Shown piece after piece: positions 1 through 7,420 of a stretch of 10,504 nt of DNA. The stretch lies in the NCBI GenBank assembly GCA_043813875.1, contig JBDRKP010000047.1, positions 1 to 10,504 on the forward strand, written 5' to 3'. Both the position numbers and the translations under genes were made by a program. Position 1 is the first letter of the stretch; each line of letters starts with the position of its first letter. A model generated the notes under the pieces. That model was not told where the DNA came from. It saw only the letters and a program-made list of their open reading frames with translations, and did no database searches. The stretch comes from an archaeon. Its GTDB lineage: Archaea > EX4484-52 > B79-G9.

Positions 1-188
1 TGTTCATGACAGGCATAAAATGCGAGAACCACTCGGCATCAATAATCCTCCTGAAAAAGATATACTCTATCGACAACACAAAAATATCCCATGCAAAAAA
101 AGAGCGCATCGACAAGCAATATTACATAGATTTCAGGATAACAAAAGACGATGCAGAAGACATCATACGCTTGAGCCAACAAAAGTGA
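1..188 (+). pseudogene. 3' part of a HEPN-domain toxin gene (MNT-HEPN type); runs off the left edge and is probably C-terminally truncated
   Basis: Translation GIKCENHSASIILLKKIYSIDNTKISHAKKERIDKQYY has the K-x-E-N-H and R-x4-Y pattern of archaeal HEPN proteins. It stops early (RLSQQK*) where it collides with the convergent AlbA-family remnant. Confidence 0.65.
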
Positions 189-689
189 CATACCCTCTTT
201 TTTCCATATCTTTCAAGTCAGATCTTGCTGTTTTATCCGAAACATCAAACAATTTTCTATAATCTCTCGGCGCAAGCTTATTGGTTCTCAAATACGCAAC
301 TGCCCTCCTCTGCCTGTCATTCAAATCCCTCAGGACTTCTTCAACCGGAAGCTTTTCTGCCCTGGCGGGTCCCTTGAATTCAATAACAAAATAATCGTCT
401 TTCTCTGCATAATGCGGCTTTTCAAGACCCCATTTACTCATTGCATCCTCCATCCTCAAAATACCGCTCCCTCTCTCATCCATAACTCCTTTTCTAAGCA
501 GGACCTTTGTAATGATCTTGTTGCGACTATTGGGCTTATAGTCATGCTGTTGAATCTTTTCAACAGTCAATGGCCTCAAAAGCCCGCCCGGGCTGCTAAT
601 CTATATCCTGTCATCAAACATCCTGATAAGAACATCTTTTCCATACTGGTGGTAATCCCTATGAACCGCAGATTGATTACCGCTTCTTT
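163..689 (-). pseudogene. 3' remnant of an AlbA_2/HATPase_c_4 (RecG C-terminal-like)/wHTH gene
   Basis: Minus strand reads KEAVIN, then a 1-nt frameshift at ~670, then AVHRDYHQYGKDVLIRMFDDRI, an in-frame TAG at 601-603, then ISSPGGLLRPLT...DERGSGILRM...LNDRQRRAVAYL...TARSDLKDM. Colinear with the intact gene at 1301-2689; 5' half absent. Confidence 0.85.
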
Positions 690-844
690 ATGACTTTAAA
701 AACAGTTTGGCGCAAATTGATACCTCGAGAAACATATTCATACAACCGGACTGTACTGAATCCTCTACTCATCAACCCTAAAACAGAATGATGTTGCACG
801 AGATTTACTTTTGAGCTGCAGCACGTCTGTTCTAACGGGCTATC

Positions 845-863
845 TTAAAAAACAATTTTTAAA
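845..863 (+). promoter_or_regulatory. Putative TATA-type promoter with overlapping inverted repeat upstream of hicB
   Basis: TTTTTAAA at 856-863 about 35 nt before ATG 899, inside the inverted repeat TTAAAAA-N4-TTTTTAA (845-862). Confidence 0.4.
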
Positions 864-898
864 TGGTTTGGCATGTATTTAATATGCGTGGTGGTTAT

Positions 899-1138
899 AT
901 GGTACCAAAAGAAAAATTGCAGTTCCCGGTATTTATAGAAAAAGATGAAGATGGTTTTTTCGTCGCTGAATGCCCTGTTCTTGAAAGCTGCTTTACGCAG
1001 GGGCAAACTTTGGATGAGGCACTCAAAAACATAGAGGAAGTTACAGGATTGTGCGTAGAAGAAAAAAGAGATGAAGTTCTGTCTCACATGCGAAAGGCAC
1101 AAGACTTTGGATTTCATACAGTGGCGATTAATGTATGA
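899..1138 (+). CDS. hicB: HicB-family antitoxin (short form, no DNA-binding domain)
   Basis: FPVFIEKDEDGFFVAECPVLESCFTQGQTLDEALKNIEEV is a typical HicB pattern. ATG 899 follows GTGGT; stop overlaps the hicA start (ATGA). Confidence 0.88.
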   Translation: MVPKEKLQFPVFIEKDEDGFFVAECPVLESCFTQGQTLDEALKNIEEVTGLCVEEKRDEVLSHMRKAQDFGFHTVAINV

Positions 1139-1230
1139 AGCTTCCTGTTCTTTGCGGCAAAGAAATCATAAGGCGCTTTGAAAAGCTAGACTATGAAGTT
1201 GTGCGACAGAAGGAAAGCACATTCGAATGA
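1135..1230 (+). pseudogene. hicA: HicA-family toxin, frameshifted and truncated
   Basis: MKLPVLCGKEIIRRFEKLDYEVVRQK, then AAG GAA AGC AC ATT CGA ATG. The expected G-S-H-I-R-M motif has G->E and lacks one C of the His codon, giving a stop at 1228-1230; no C-terminal half follows. Confidence 0.85.
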
Positions 1231-1267
1231 TGCAAAAAAACAATATTATTGAACAGCAATCATATTC

Positions 1268-1303
1268 ATGACCCGTTTAATGACCCGTTTAATGACCCGT
1301 TTA
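1268..1303. repeat. Perfect 12-bp tandem repeat x3 (ATGACCCGTTTA)
   Basis: Units at 1268, 1280 and 1292. On the minus strand this is (TAAACGGGTCAT)3 and the first TAA is the stop codon of the AlbA gene. Confidence 0.95.
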
Positions 1304-2689
1304 ATTTATCAACTCGTAATACACTCCTCTACCGGTTTTCCCGATTCTTTTAATTACGCCCTTGGACAATAAGCCCGCAATATCACGTTTAGCTGTTACA
1401 GCAGAGCACGCACAAATATTTGCATATTCTTCCCTCTTAATTGTTCTATGTTCAGCTAAATACCCGACAGCCTTTCTTTGCCTGTCATTTAATTCAGCTT
1501 TAATTTCAGGCGCTTTAGTATAATAATCCGGGTTCCTGAACACAATCCCGAAATAACCGGTCTGCTCCACAAACACAGGATGCGGCAGGTTATATTCGTC
1601 ACAAAATTTATTCATCCTCAATATTCCTGTCCCTCTTTTATCCATAAGTTTCCTTCTGGAAAAAACAGTTGCAATAGTCTCATTTCTGCTTTTAGGGCTA
1701 TAAGTTAAATCCAGTAACTGGCTGATTGTCAGCGGCCTCAAAAGCTCTCCGGGACTCCATATCTCCACCCTGTCATCAAACATTTTAATAAGAACAGATT
1801 CCCTGATATGATAATCCCTGTGAACAACAGCATTTATTATTGCCTCCTTCAAAGCCTCAATAGGGTATTCTGTCTTAATTTCTGTTTTAAACCCCTTTGG
1901 AGTATACGAAGTTCTCATGTTTCTTAGCATAAATTTCCTTGCATCATCAACCAATGCAAAAGCATCGCCCTCGAGATCAGCCCTGTCAATCCACATAGAG
2001 ACATCCAGTCCTTTATACCTGTCAGCCCTTATGATTGTAGACGGCATCTCTAAAGAAGGATGCTTCCCAAACAAAATAAGTCCTGCGATTGTTGGAATTA
2101 ACTTTCCGTTTTCCCTGGCAACAAGATGCTCTTTCTCTATTAACTTAAAAAAATCATCCTCATCCAGCTTCCCGGTCAATTTGCTCTCACTGAAATACTC
2201 CTTAACCTTCACAAGATCAACATCATCAAGAGTCGCATTTTCAACAGGATACGCATCCTGCGACTTCTGCGACCCTTCCCTATATAACCGTGCAATCTCC
2301 TCCTTATTGGCAGGCATATTAGAAGATCCGATCCTCACCCTTGGAACATGCTCCCCTCGAACAAAATAAGGCGTATTCTCACCCTTTGGGCAATGAGCCA
2401 CAACAAAATCCCTGCCCTCGAACTTCACAAACTCAATCTCCGGCTCACGGTCAAGCTTACACCAGTGCCTGATTATCTGCACAAACTTATGCTCTGTCTT
2501 CTCTGCATCATCAAGCCCGATTGGCTTTCGGGATTCATCCTCAACACCAACAACAATCTTACCGCCCCTTGAATTATAAAACGCTAGAACAAGCTGCGCA
2601 ACCTTCTTTGCATCAGGCAGCTCAGACTTAAAATCAAGATCCTTATTTTCCTTTTGTGAAAGCATCAGTTTAAATTCATTTTCATTCAT
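1301..2689 (-). CDS. Schlafen/AlbA_2 domain + HATPase_c_4 (RecG C-terminal-like) + C-terminal winged HTH protein, ~462 aa
   Basis: N-terminal ENKDLDFKS..LAFYNSRGGKIVVGVED (AlbA_2), central EYPIEALKEAIINAVVHRDY..FDDRVEIWSPG..RGTGILRM, C-terminal LNDRQ..TAKRDIAGL..GKTGRGVYY. Start moved to ATG 2689 because a TATA box lies 24 nt upstream. Confidence 0.9.
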   Translation of the reverse strand: MNENEFKLMLSQKENKDLDFKSELPDAKKVAQLVLAFYNSRGGKIVVGVEDESRKPIGLDDAEKTEHKFVQIIRHWCKLDREPEIEFVKFEGRDFVVAHCPKGENTPYFVRGEHVPRVRIGSSNMPANKEEIARLYREGSQKSQDAYPVENATLDDVDLVKVKEYFSESKLTGKLDEDDFFKLIEKEHLVARENGKLIPTIAGLILFGKHPSLEMPSTIIRADRYKGLDVSMWIDRADLEGDAFALVDDARKFMLRNMRTSYTPKGFKTEIKTEYPIEALKEAIINAVVHRDYHIRESVLIKMFDDRVEIWSPGELLRPLTISQLLDLTYSPKSRNETIATVFSRRKLMDKRGTGILRMNKFCDEYNLPHPVFVEQTGYFGIVFRNPDYYTKAPEIKAELNDRQRKAVGYLAEHRTIKREEYANICACSAVTAKRDIAGLLSKGVIKRIGKTGRGVYYELIN

Positions 2690-2720
2690 GCGAATACATA
2701 ATGCATGCGAATTATTTAAA
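2687..2720 (-). promoter_or_regulatory. TATA box and direct-repeat pair at the AlbA gene start (likely leaderless)
   Basis: Minus strand TTTAAATA at 2713-2720. 9-bp direct repeat CATGCGAAT at 2687-2695 and 2704-2712, one copy overlapping the start codon. Confidence 0.5.
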
Positions 2721-2746
2721 TCAGGCGCTGCATGAACCCGCGCACA

Positions 2747-3376
2747 CACTCCGGCAAAGCCGCATGGGTGGAACCCGCCAAAATAGAGAGCAGGAGAAGC
2801 GGGAATATCCTCCGGACGCTATAAGAGAAGCTGTTGTAAATGCTTTGATACATAGGGACTATCGCGAACCTTCGGAAGTGAAGATGTTCATATTCGACAA
2901 TCGTCTGGAGATTACAAATCCAGGCACTTTTCCAAAAGGCGCAACACCCGATAATCCGGTACATAAACCCAGGAATCCGCTTCTATGCGAATATATGAAG
3001 GACATCCATTACATAGAGAAGTATGGCTCAGGAATCTATCTGATGCAGAAGCTTTGCAAAGAGTGGGGAATCGGAAAGCCGGAATACACACTTGACAGGT
3101 ACTGGACAAAAATCGTTTTTAAGCCAAGTAAGGCAGGCATCTTATTGTCCGTTATAAGGAAGGAAGGAAGGGATAGGTATAAACGAAAGGCAGACTGCTG
3201 CCGTAAATTATGTGCTTGAACATAATTCGATTACAAACGAGGAATACCAGAAAATAAACAATATTGGTCGGACAACTGCAAAGCTTGATCTGAAAGATTT
3301 GGCTGAAAAGGGCCTGCTTGAGCCCAAAGGCAGGGGAAAGGGCACGTATTATGTGATAGGCGCGACCATAAAATGA
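2747..3376 (+). pseudogene. Second 3' remnant of an AlbA_2/HATPase_c_4/wHTH gene, two frameshifts
   Basis: HSGKAAWVEPAKIE, shift at ~2789, QEKREYPPDAIREAVVNALIHRDY..FDNRLEITNPG..PRNPLL..IEKYGSGI, shift at the (AAGG)4 tract, GINERQTAAVNYVLEHNSITNEEYQKINNIGRTTAKLDLKDL..GRGKGTYY, TGA 3374-3376. AlbA domain missing. Confidence 0.88.
3156..3171. repeat. (AAGG)4 microsatellite at a frameshift
   Basis: Removing one unit gives VIRKEGIGINERQ and rejoins the HATPase and wHTH frames. Confidence 0.85.
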
Positions 3377-3393
3377 CCATAAAATGACCATAT
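3364..3393. repeat. 11-bp tandem repeat (GACCATAAAAT) x2 plus partial third unit
   Basis: Units at 3364, 3375 and 3386, spanning the TGA stop of the remnant gene. Confidence 0.9.
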
Positions 3394-3409
3394 TTGATGA
3401 AAAGACTGT

Positions 3410-3627
3410 AGGCAGGGATTGAATGAGCGGCAAGTCAAGGCCGTACTGTATGTGAAGGAGAAAGGGAGAATAACAAACAGGGAGTACCAGAAATCGAACT
3501 ATGTTTCAAGGCAGACCGCATCAAGAGAACTGTCATCCCTTGTTCAGGCAGGCGTACTTAATCAGGTAGGCATGACCGGGAAAAGCACATTTTATGAACT
3601 ATCTCAAATGCCTCACAAACGCCTCAG
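3410..3627 (+). pseudogene. Isolated C-terminal winged-HTH remnant of a third AlbA-family paralogue
   Basis: GLNERQVKAVLYVKEKGRITNREYQKSNYVSRQTASRELSSLVQAGVLNQVGMTGKSTFYEL. Ends in two 11-bp units (AAATGCCTCAC 3606, AAACGCCTCAG 3617), then joins unrelated DNA without a stop. Confidence 0.82.
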
Positions 3628-4574
3628 ACTGACATTCCTCATCCCTTCACGCGCCCGCGAAATACTTCGGCGCCCTCCTCTACGCCATAAACCCGTTCGT
3701 CTACGCGCGCTTCCTTGCCGGCCACATCAACCTCCTGCTCGCCTACGCAATAACCCCTCTGGCTGTCATCTATATCATGCGCTTCGCAAAGGCGCCGGAC
3801 AAAAAGAACACCATCCTGACCGCCCTCATAATCACCGCAACAGGCATCCTCAACATCCACAACCTCTTCCTCACGCTCGTCATATTCTTCGCCATTATCT
3901 GCGCAAGACCAAAAAAACATCACATCATCCCCGCCCTGAAAGTCCTCGCCATCGTCCTTCTCCTCAACTCCTACTGGCTCCTGCAGGAGCCACAGCAAAA
4001 AATATCGACAATCACAGAAGACGACATCTCCGTCTTCCGCTCAAGGCCCACGGACGGCTTCAACGCCGCCTTCACCCTCGCATCCATGCACGGCTTCTGG
4101 AGAGGCGGCTACAGCTACGCAAAAGACCGCATCCCGTACTGGCCCATCCTCTTCATCATCATCCTCTTCCTCTCGGTCCACGGCTATGTCATCTCAAAAG
4201 ACGAATACAGGAACGCCTTCATGATGCTGTGGATAATATCGCTCATAATCGCCGCAGGAGTCACCATAGGATACACAAAAGGCATATATCTCTTCCTCTA
4301 CGACAACATATTCTTCTTCAGGGGCTTCCGCGAGCCCCAGAAATTCATCGCCCTTGCGGCTTTGGCCTACGCCTACCTCGGCAGCCTCGGGACAGAAAAG
4401 CTGGGGAAAAAAGGCTACATCCTCATCATCCTCCCCGTCATATACTCGTACACCATGTTCTTCGGCTTTTCAGGCGCCCTCCCCGCCCAGGACTACCCAC
4501 AAGACTACTACGACATAGACGCCTACTTAAACAACGACAAAAGCGACTTCAACACCCTAGTCCTCCCCTGGCAC

Positions 4575-4632
4575 CAATATCCTCAAGCAGACCTGCCTTG
4601 AGGATATGGCAAAGCCATTGGCTTTGACAATA
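4575..4632. mobile_element. Miniature palindromic insertion: 48 bp between CAATA direct repeats (53 bp net)
   Basis: CAATA at 4575-4579 and 4628-4632. Stems ATATCCTCAAG/CTTGAGGATAT (4577-4587/4597-4607) and CAAAGCCA/TGGCTTTG (4610-4617/4619-4626). Deleting 53 bp restores WHQYMDYSWN. Confidence 0.75.
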
Positions 4633-4784
4633 CATGGACTACTCATGGAACAAAAACAAAGACAAGAGACTGGCAAACGTAGCCCGCTCATTCTTCAAAA
4701 AACCCATGATAACAGGCGACAACATGGAAACAGGAGGAATCTACACAAGCAGCAACAACCCGGGATCAGGATACATAGAATCGA

Positions 4785-5239
4785 TAATAACCCGGAACAC
4801 AACCAGTTTAGGCCAATCACTCGCAAAAATAAACGTAAAATACATCCTCCTGAAAAAAGAAGTAGACTACGAGCCCTACAAAAATCTTTTAAACAACCAG
4901 ACAGACATCACATTGATAAAAAACACCACAAACCTCCTGTTATACATCAACATCATCCCCACCTACAAAATCTACCAGACAGGCGGCGAGGACATAACCC
5001 CATTAGCCTACGAAAAGATCAAAGACAACCACTACACCATCACCCCGCCCGAAAAAAAATACGTAGTCCTCGCAGACACATACAGCGACTCATGGACCCT
5101 TGGCGCATCAAAGAAACTCGATAACCACCCCACAAACATCTGGGAATACAGTAAAGACACGGAAATAAAAAAGACATCCGGCGACATCGGATACGTCATC
5201 TCGATAATGACGCTCCTCATCATCATATCATTCTCCTGA
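4785..5239 (+). repeat. Copy A of the dispersed direct repeat (3' end of the membrane protein gene)
   Basis: 50 bp identical to copy C (4903-4952 = 7539-7588), 49 bp identical to copy B (5102-5150 = 6477-6525), and colinear with copy D. Confidence 0.95.
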
Positions 5240-5282
5240 TCACAAAACAACAGCTTTAGTCTTTATGTTCCGCCAACAAAGC

Positions 5283-5328
5283 CGCAAAAGGTTTATATAT
5301 GTACGGGCAAATGAATATTTGCAGGTGA
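5283..5328 (+). promoter_or_regulatory. Archaeal promoter (BRE + TATA) and SD for the antitoxin/RelE operon
   Basis: CGCAAAAGG followed by TTTATATA (5292-5299); AGGTGA at 5323-5328 before ATG 5333. Confidence 0.7.
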
Positions 5329-5332
5329 TAAT

Positions 5333-5545
5333 ATGTCAGAAGCAGATACATTAAAAGATATCAAAGAAGACCTGAATTTCCTTAAAACTAAGATACTGGA
5401 GATAGAAATAACAGTAAACGAGATTGATTCAGATATGCATAAAACACCGAATCCGGATTATATAAAGAGACTGGAAAATATTGAAAAAGAAGACAAACGC
5501 ATTCACTTCAAAAATATAGCCGTATTCGACAAGCATTTCGAATAA
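5333..5545 (+). CDS. Putative antitoxin paired with RelE-type toxin (coiled-coil N-terminus, DUF2683-like C-terminus)
   Basis: 70-aa charged protein with SD, directly upstream of the RelE-type toxin; PNPDYIKRLENIEKE segment resembles archaeal RelE partners. Confidence 0.65.
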   Translation: MSEADTLKDIKEDLNFLKTKILEIEITVNEIDSDMHKTPNPDYIKRLENIEKEDKRIHFKNIAVFDKHFE

Positions 5546-5562
5546 TATTCCGGTGACTCTTT

Positions 5563-5823
5563 ATGCCTTATGAATTTGAGATCACAGAAACCCTGGACCG
5601 GAAATTCAAAAAAATCAAAAAAAAGAACCCCGTCTTGTTTTCAACATGCCGCAAAAAAATAATCGAAATAATAGAGAATCCGCACCATTATAAGCATCTG
5701 AAATATGAGAACCGTTTCAGGGTGCATGTCGGCGGCTCATATGTCATGACTTACAGGATTCATGAAAACAGGCAGGTTGTCGAATTTCTTGATATAGAGC
5801 ATCACGATTATGCTTACATGTAG
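5563..5823 (+). CDS. RelE/ParE-superfamily toxin (mRNA interferase)
   Basis: 86-aa basic protein with IIENPHHYKHL..FRVHVGGSYVMTYRI..VEFLDIEHHDYAY; SD GGTGA at 5552-5556. Confidence 0.85.
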   Translation: MPYEFEITETLDRKFKKIKKKNPVLFSTCRKKIIEIIENPHHYKHLKYENRFRVHVGGSYVMTYRIHENRQVVEFLDIEHHDYAYM

Positions 5824-5911
5824 TCCGGCATCGGCAATCGCGTGACATTAGCAGTAACATTTTGAACAATAATGCTTGTTAGCTAAAAATCAGACATTAT
5901 CCGTTCTCACG

Positions 5912-6075
5912 AAAAAAAGTGCGATAGAGCGCATAGCTCTCTCGTTCGGCCTCTCCATCGCGATAGTGCCGCTAATCGTATTCTACCTGAACTGGCTCTT
6001 TTCAATAAAGATAAACCTCATAAACTCATCAGTCACCATACTCGCAATCTCAGCAATTGGCTACTATCTCTCAAG
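5912..6075 (+). pseudogene. Fragment of a DUF1616-like archaeal membrane protein gene
   Basis: IERIALSFGLSIAIVPLIVFYLN followed by a second hydrophobic helix. No convincing start; the rest of ORF 5876-6292 appears to be read-through. Confidence 0.6.
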
Positions 6076-6193
6076 AAATCAGTCTGCCCTAAAGGATTAT
6101 ATCAAAAGGATCAAAAAAAGCCTAAAAATCAAAGCGATAAAATCCCATTTGCTTGGGTATGAAGAGCAAGCAAAGCTTGCCACCCCAAGTGGC

Positions 6194-6272
6194 ATGATTC
6201 GACGACCGCACCATCGAAAAGCAGATAGAAGAGACCAAAAAGCGCCTCATGAAGCACGACAAGAAGAGATAA
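6194..6272 (+). repeat. Copy F: small remnant resembling the extended C-terminal tail of copy C
   Basis: MIRRPHH, frameshift, IEETKKRLMKHDKKR* aligns with ILRMPHHPSKEARNRIMAHDEENR (7849-7920). Confidence 0.5.
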
Positions 6273-6427
6273 ACTCCTCCTATTTTCTGTGATTTAACTA
6301 GCTCCCACGCTCAAGTAAAAACAATCTGCAAGAAATCCTGTAAGATTAAGCCCGATCATACCGCAAAATCTTCAATCGCCACAAATAAAAGACAAAAAGC
6401 AGACAAAAGATGTGTATATATCTTCCG

Positions 6428-6602
6428 GGAAAAGTACATCGTCCTCACAGACACCTGCAGCGATGCATGGACCCTCGGCGCATCAAAGAAACTCGATAAC
6501 CACCCCACAAACATCTGGGAATACACAGGAGACACAGAAATAAAAAAGACATCCGGCGACACCGGCTACATCATCTCGATAGCAACACTCCTGCTCATCA
6601 TC
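6428..6602 (+). repeat. Copy B (short) of the membrane-gene 3' repeat
   Basis: EKYIVLTDTCSDAWTLGASKKLDNHPTNIWEYTGDTEIKKTSGDTGYIISIATLLLII matches the last ~58 codons of copy A. Confidence 0.95.
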
Positions 6603-6637
6603 CCCCGCAAGAGAAAATGATCGCCATCACATATTTA

Positions 6638-6907
6638 TCAGGAATCTTCAGAATCAAGATATAGTCAATCCAATAACTATTAGATTATTGGATTGAGTAT
6701 CCTGAGCTATTTTGAAAACTTGTTTTTCAAAATAAGCAAGTTTTCAACCTCAGTTGAAAAGCTTCGAACGCTAGTGAGATGATTTTCAATTTCGCAAATA
6801 AACTTGCGAAATGCTCGGGAGCTTGCCACATAGTGGCAAAGATATGGGAATCCAACATGAGTTCAAAAGTTGTTGGATTCACTGTAAATCATCAAGAATA
6901 TCTGATG
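6638..6907. repeat. Array of ~9 abutting and nested inverted repeats
   Basis: Stems: 6638-43/6700-05, 6644-48/6656-60, 6665-76/6685-96, 6708-18/6724-34, 6741-48/6753-60, 6789-97/6804-12, 6813-16/6819-22, 6823-29/6833-39, 6848-57/6871-80, and a bulged stem at 6890-6907. Confidence 0.9.
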
Positions 6908-6910
6908 CAT

Positions 6911-7141
6911 CTATTTCATAAGCTCTATGAATTTATCCACAGTGATATCTGCATCCTTAAGAATGCTCTTCAAAAGCTTAGGATGCAGTATTTTTTCCGA
7001 ATGATGTGGGACAGTGACTCTTTTACCATCTTTATTTTTGTATATCTTGTGGCTGCCGCTCTGCCTTACCATAGAAAAACCCTGACTGATCAAAACCTTG
7101 ATGACCTTGCTCGCAGACACCCTCGGAAGCTTCCCAATCAT
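6911..7141 (-). CDS. hicA: HicA-family toxin
   Basis: KLPRVSASKVIKVL..GF..VRQSGSHKIY..VTVPHH..LLKSILKDA; catalytic GSH intact. Confidence 0.93.
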   Translation of the reverse strand: MIGKLPRVSASKVIKVLISQGFSMVRQSGSHKIYKNKDGKRVTVPHHSEKILHPKLLKSILKDADITVDKFIELMK

Positions 7142-7362
7142 ACCGTCACTTCCAGTGTAGTCAGGCTGACAGACTCAACCGGAGTAAATTCCTCCTTATC
7201 CTCTATCCTGTCCTCGATATGAAGGCGGATAGCATCCTTGATATTCTCCATGGCTTCCTCATAACTATCCCCCTGGGAATAACAGCCAGAAAGCTCAGGA
7301 CAGAATGCAAAATAACCATCAGCATCCTTTTCAACAACTACCGAAACACGGAATTGGCTCAT
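7138..7362 (-). CDS. hicB: HicB-family antitoxin (short form)
   Basis: VVVEKDADGYFAFCPELSGCYSQGDSYEEAMENIKDAIRLHIE; SD AGGTGA (7367-7372, minus); ATGA overlap with hicA. Confidence 0.93.
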   Translation of the reverse strand: MSQFRVSVVVEKDADGYFAFCPELSGCYSQGDSYEEAMENIKDAIRLHIEDRIEDKEEFTPVESVSLTTLEVTV

Positions 7363-7403
7363 AATTTCACCTTTTACTCTCTACAAATATCCATATCTAT
7401 TCA

Positions 7404-7416
7404 AAAATATAAACCT
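7404..7416 (-). promoter_or_regulatory. TATA box for hicBA
   Basis: Minus strand AGG-TTTATATT (7406-7413), same form as the RelE-operon promoter. Confidence 0.6.
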
Positions 7417-7420
7417 ATCT

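Larger units (their letters stand above)
3633..5239 (+). pseudogene. Multi-pass membrane protein, GT-C/YfhO/DUF3367-like (putative glycosyltransferase-like), 5'-truncated and split by a 53-bp insertion
   Basis: Frame is open from 3633 without a start: AKYFGALLYAINPFVYARFLAGHINLLLAYA, several hydrophobic helices, GFREPQKF, VLPWHQY. After the insertion it continues YMDYSWN..INVKYILLKKE..C-terminal TM GYVISIMTLLIIISFS. Strong C-ending codon bias in this frame. Confidence 0.7.

Noticed and set aside
44..57. ATCCTCCTGAAAAA identical to part of repeat A
   Set aside because: Both encode ILLKK with preferred codons in unrelated proteins and the flanks do not align; treated as coincidence.
2690..2749. 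20-aa N-terminal extension of the AlbA ORF from 2749
   Set aside because: It overlaps the TATA box and AlbA similarity begins at MNENEF (2689).
3419..4627. 402-aa ORF as a real wHTH fusion protein
   Set aside because: Only the first ~70 aa are a wHTH remnant. The His/Pro/Arg-rich remainder is the off-frame shadow of the C-biased membrane gene.
4580..4627. Archaeal bulge-helix-bulge mRNA intron
   Set aside because: No convincing BHB could be drawn at the junctions, a direct-repeat duplication is present, and the host gene is already 5'-truncated.
6638..6907. CRISPR array or classical attC sites
   Set aside because: No constant repeat with regular spacers, no RYYYAAC/GTTRRRY boxes framing the stems, and no cas or intI gene.
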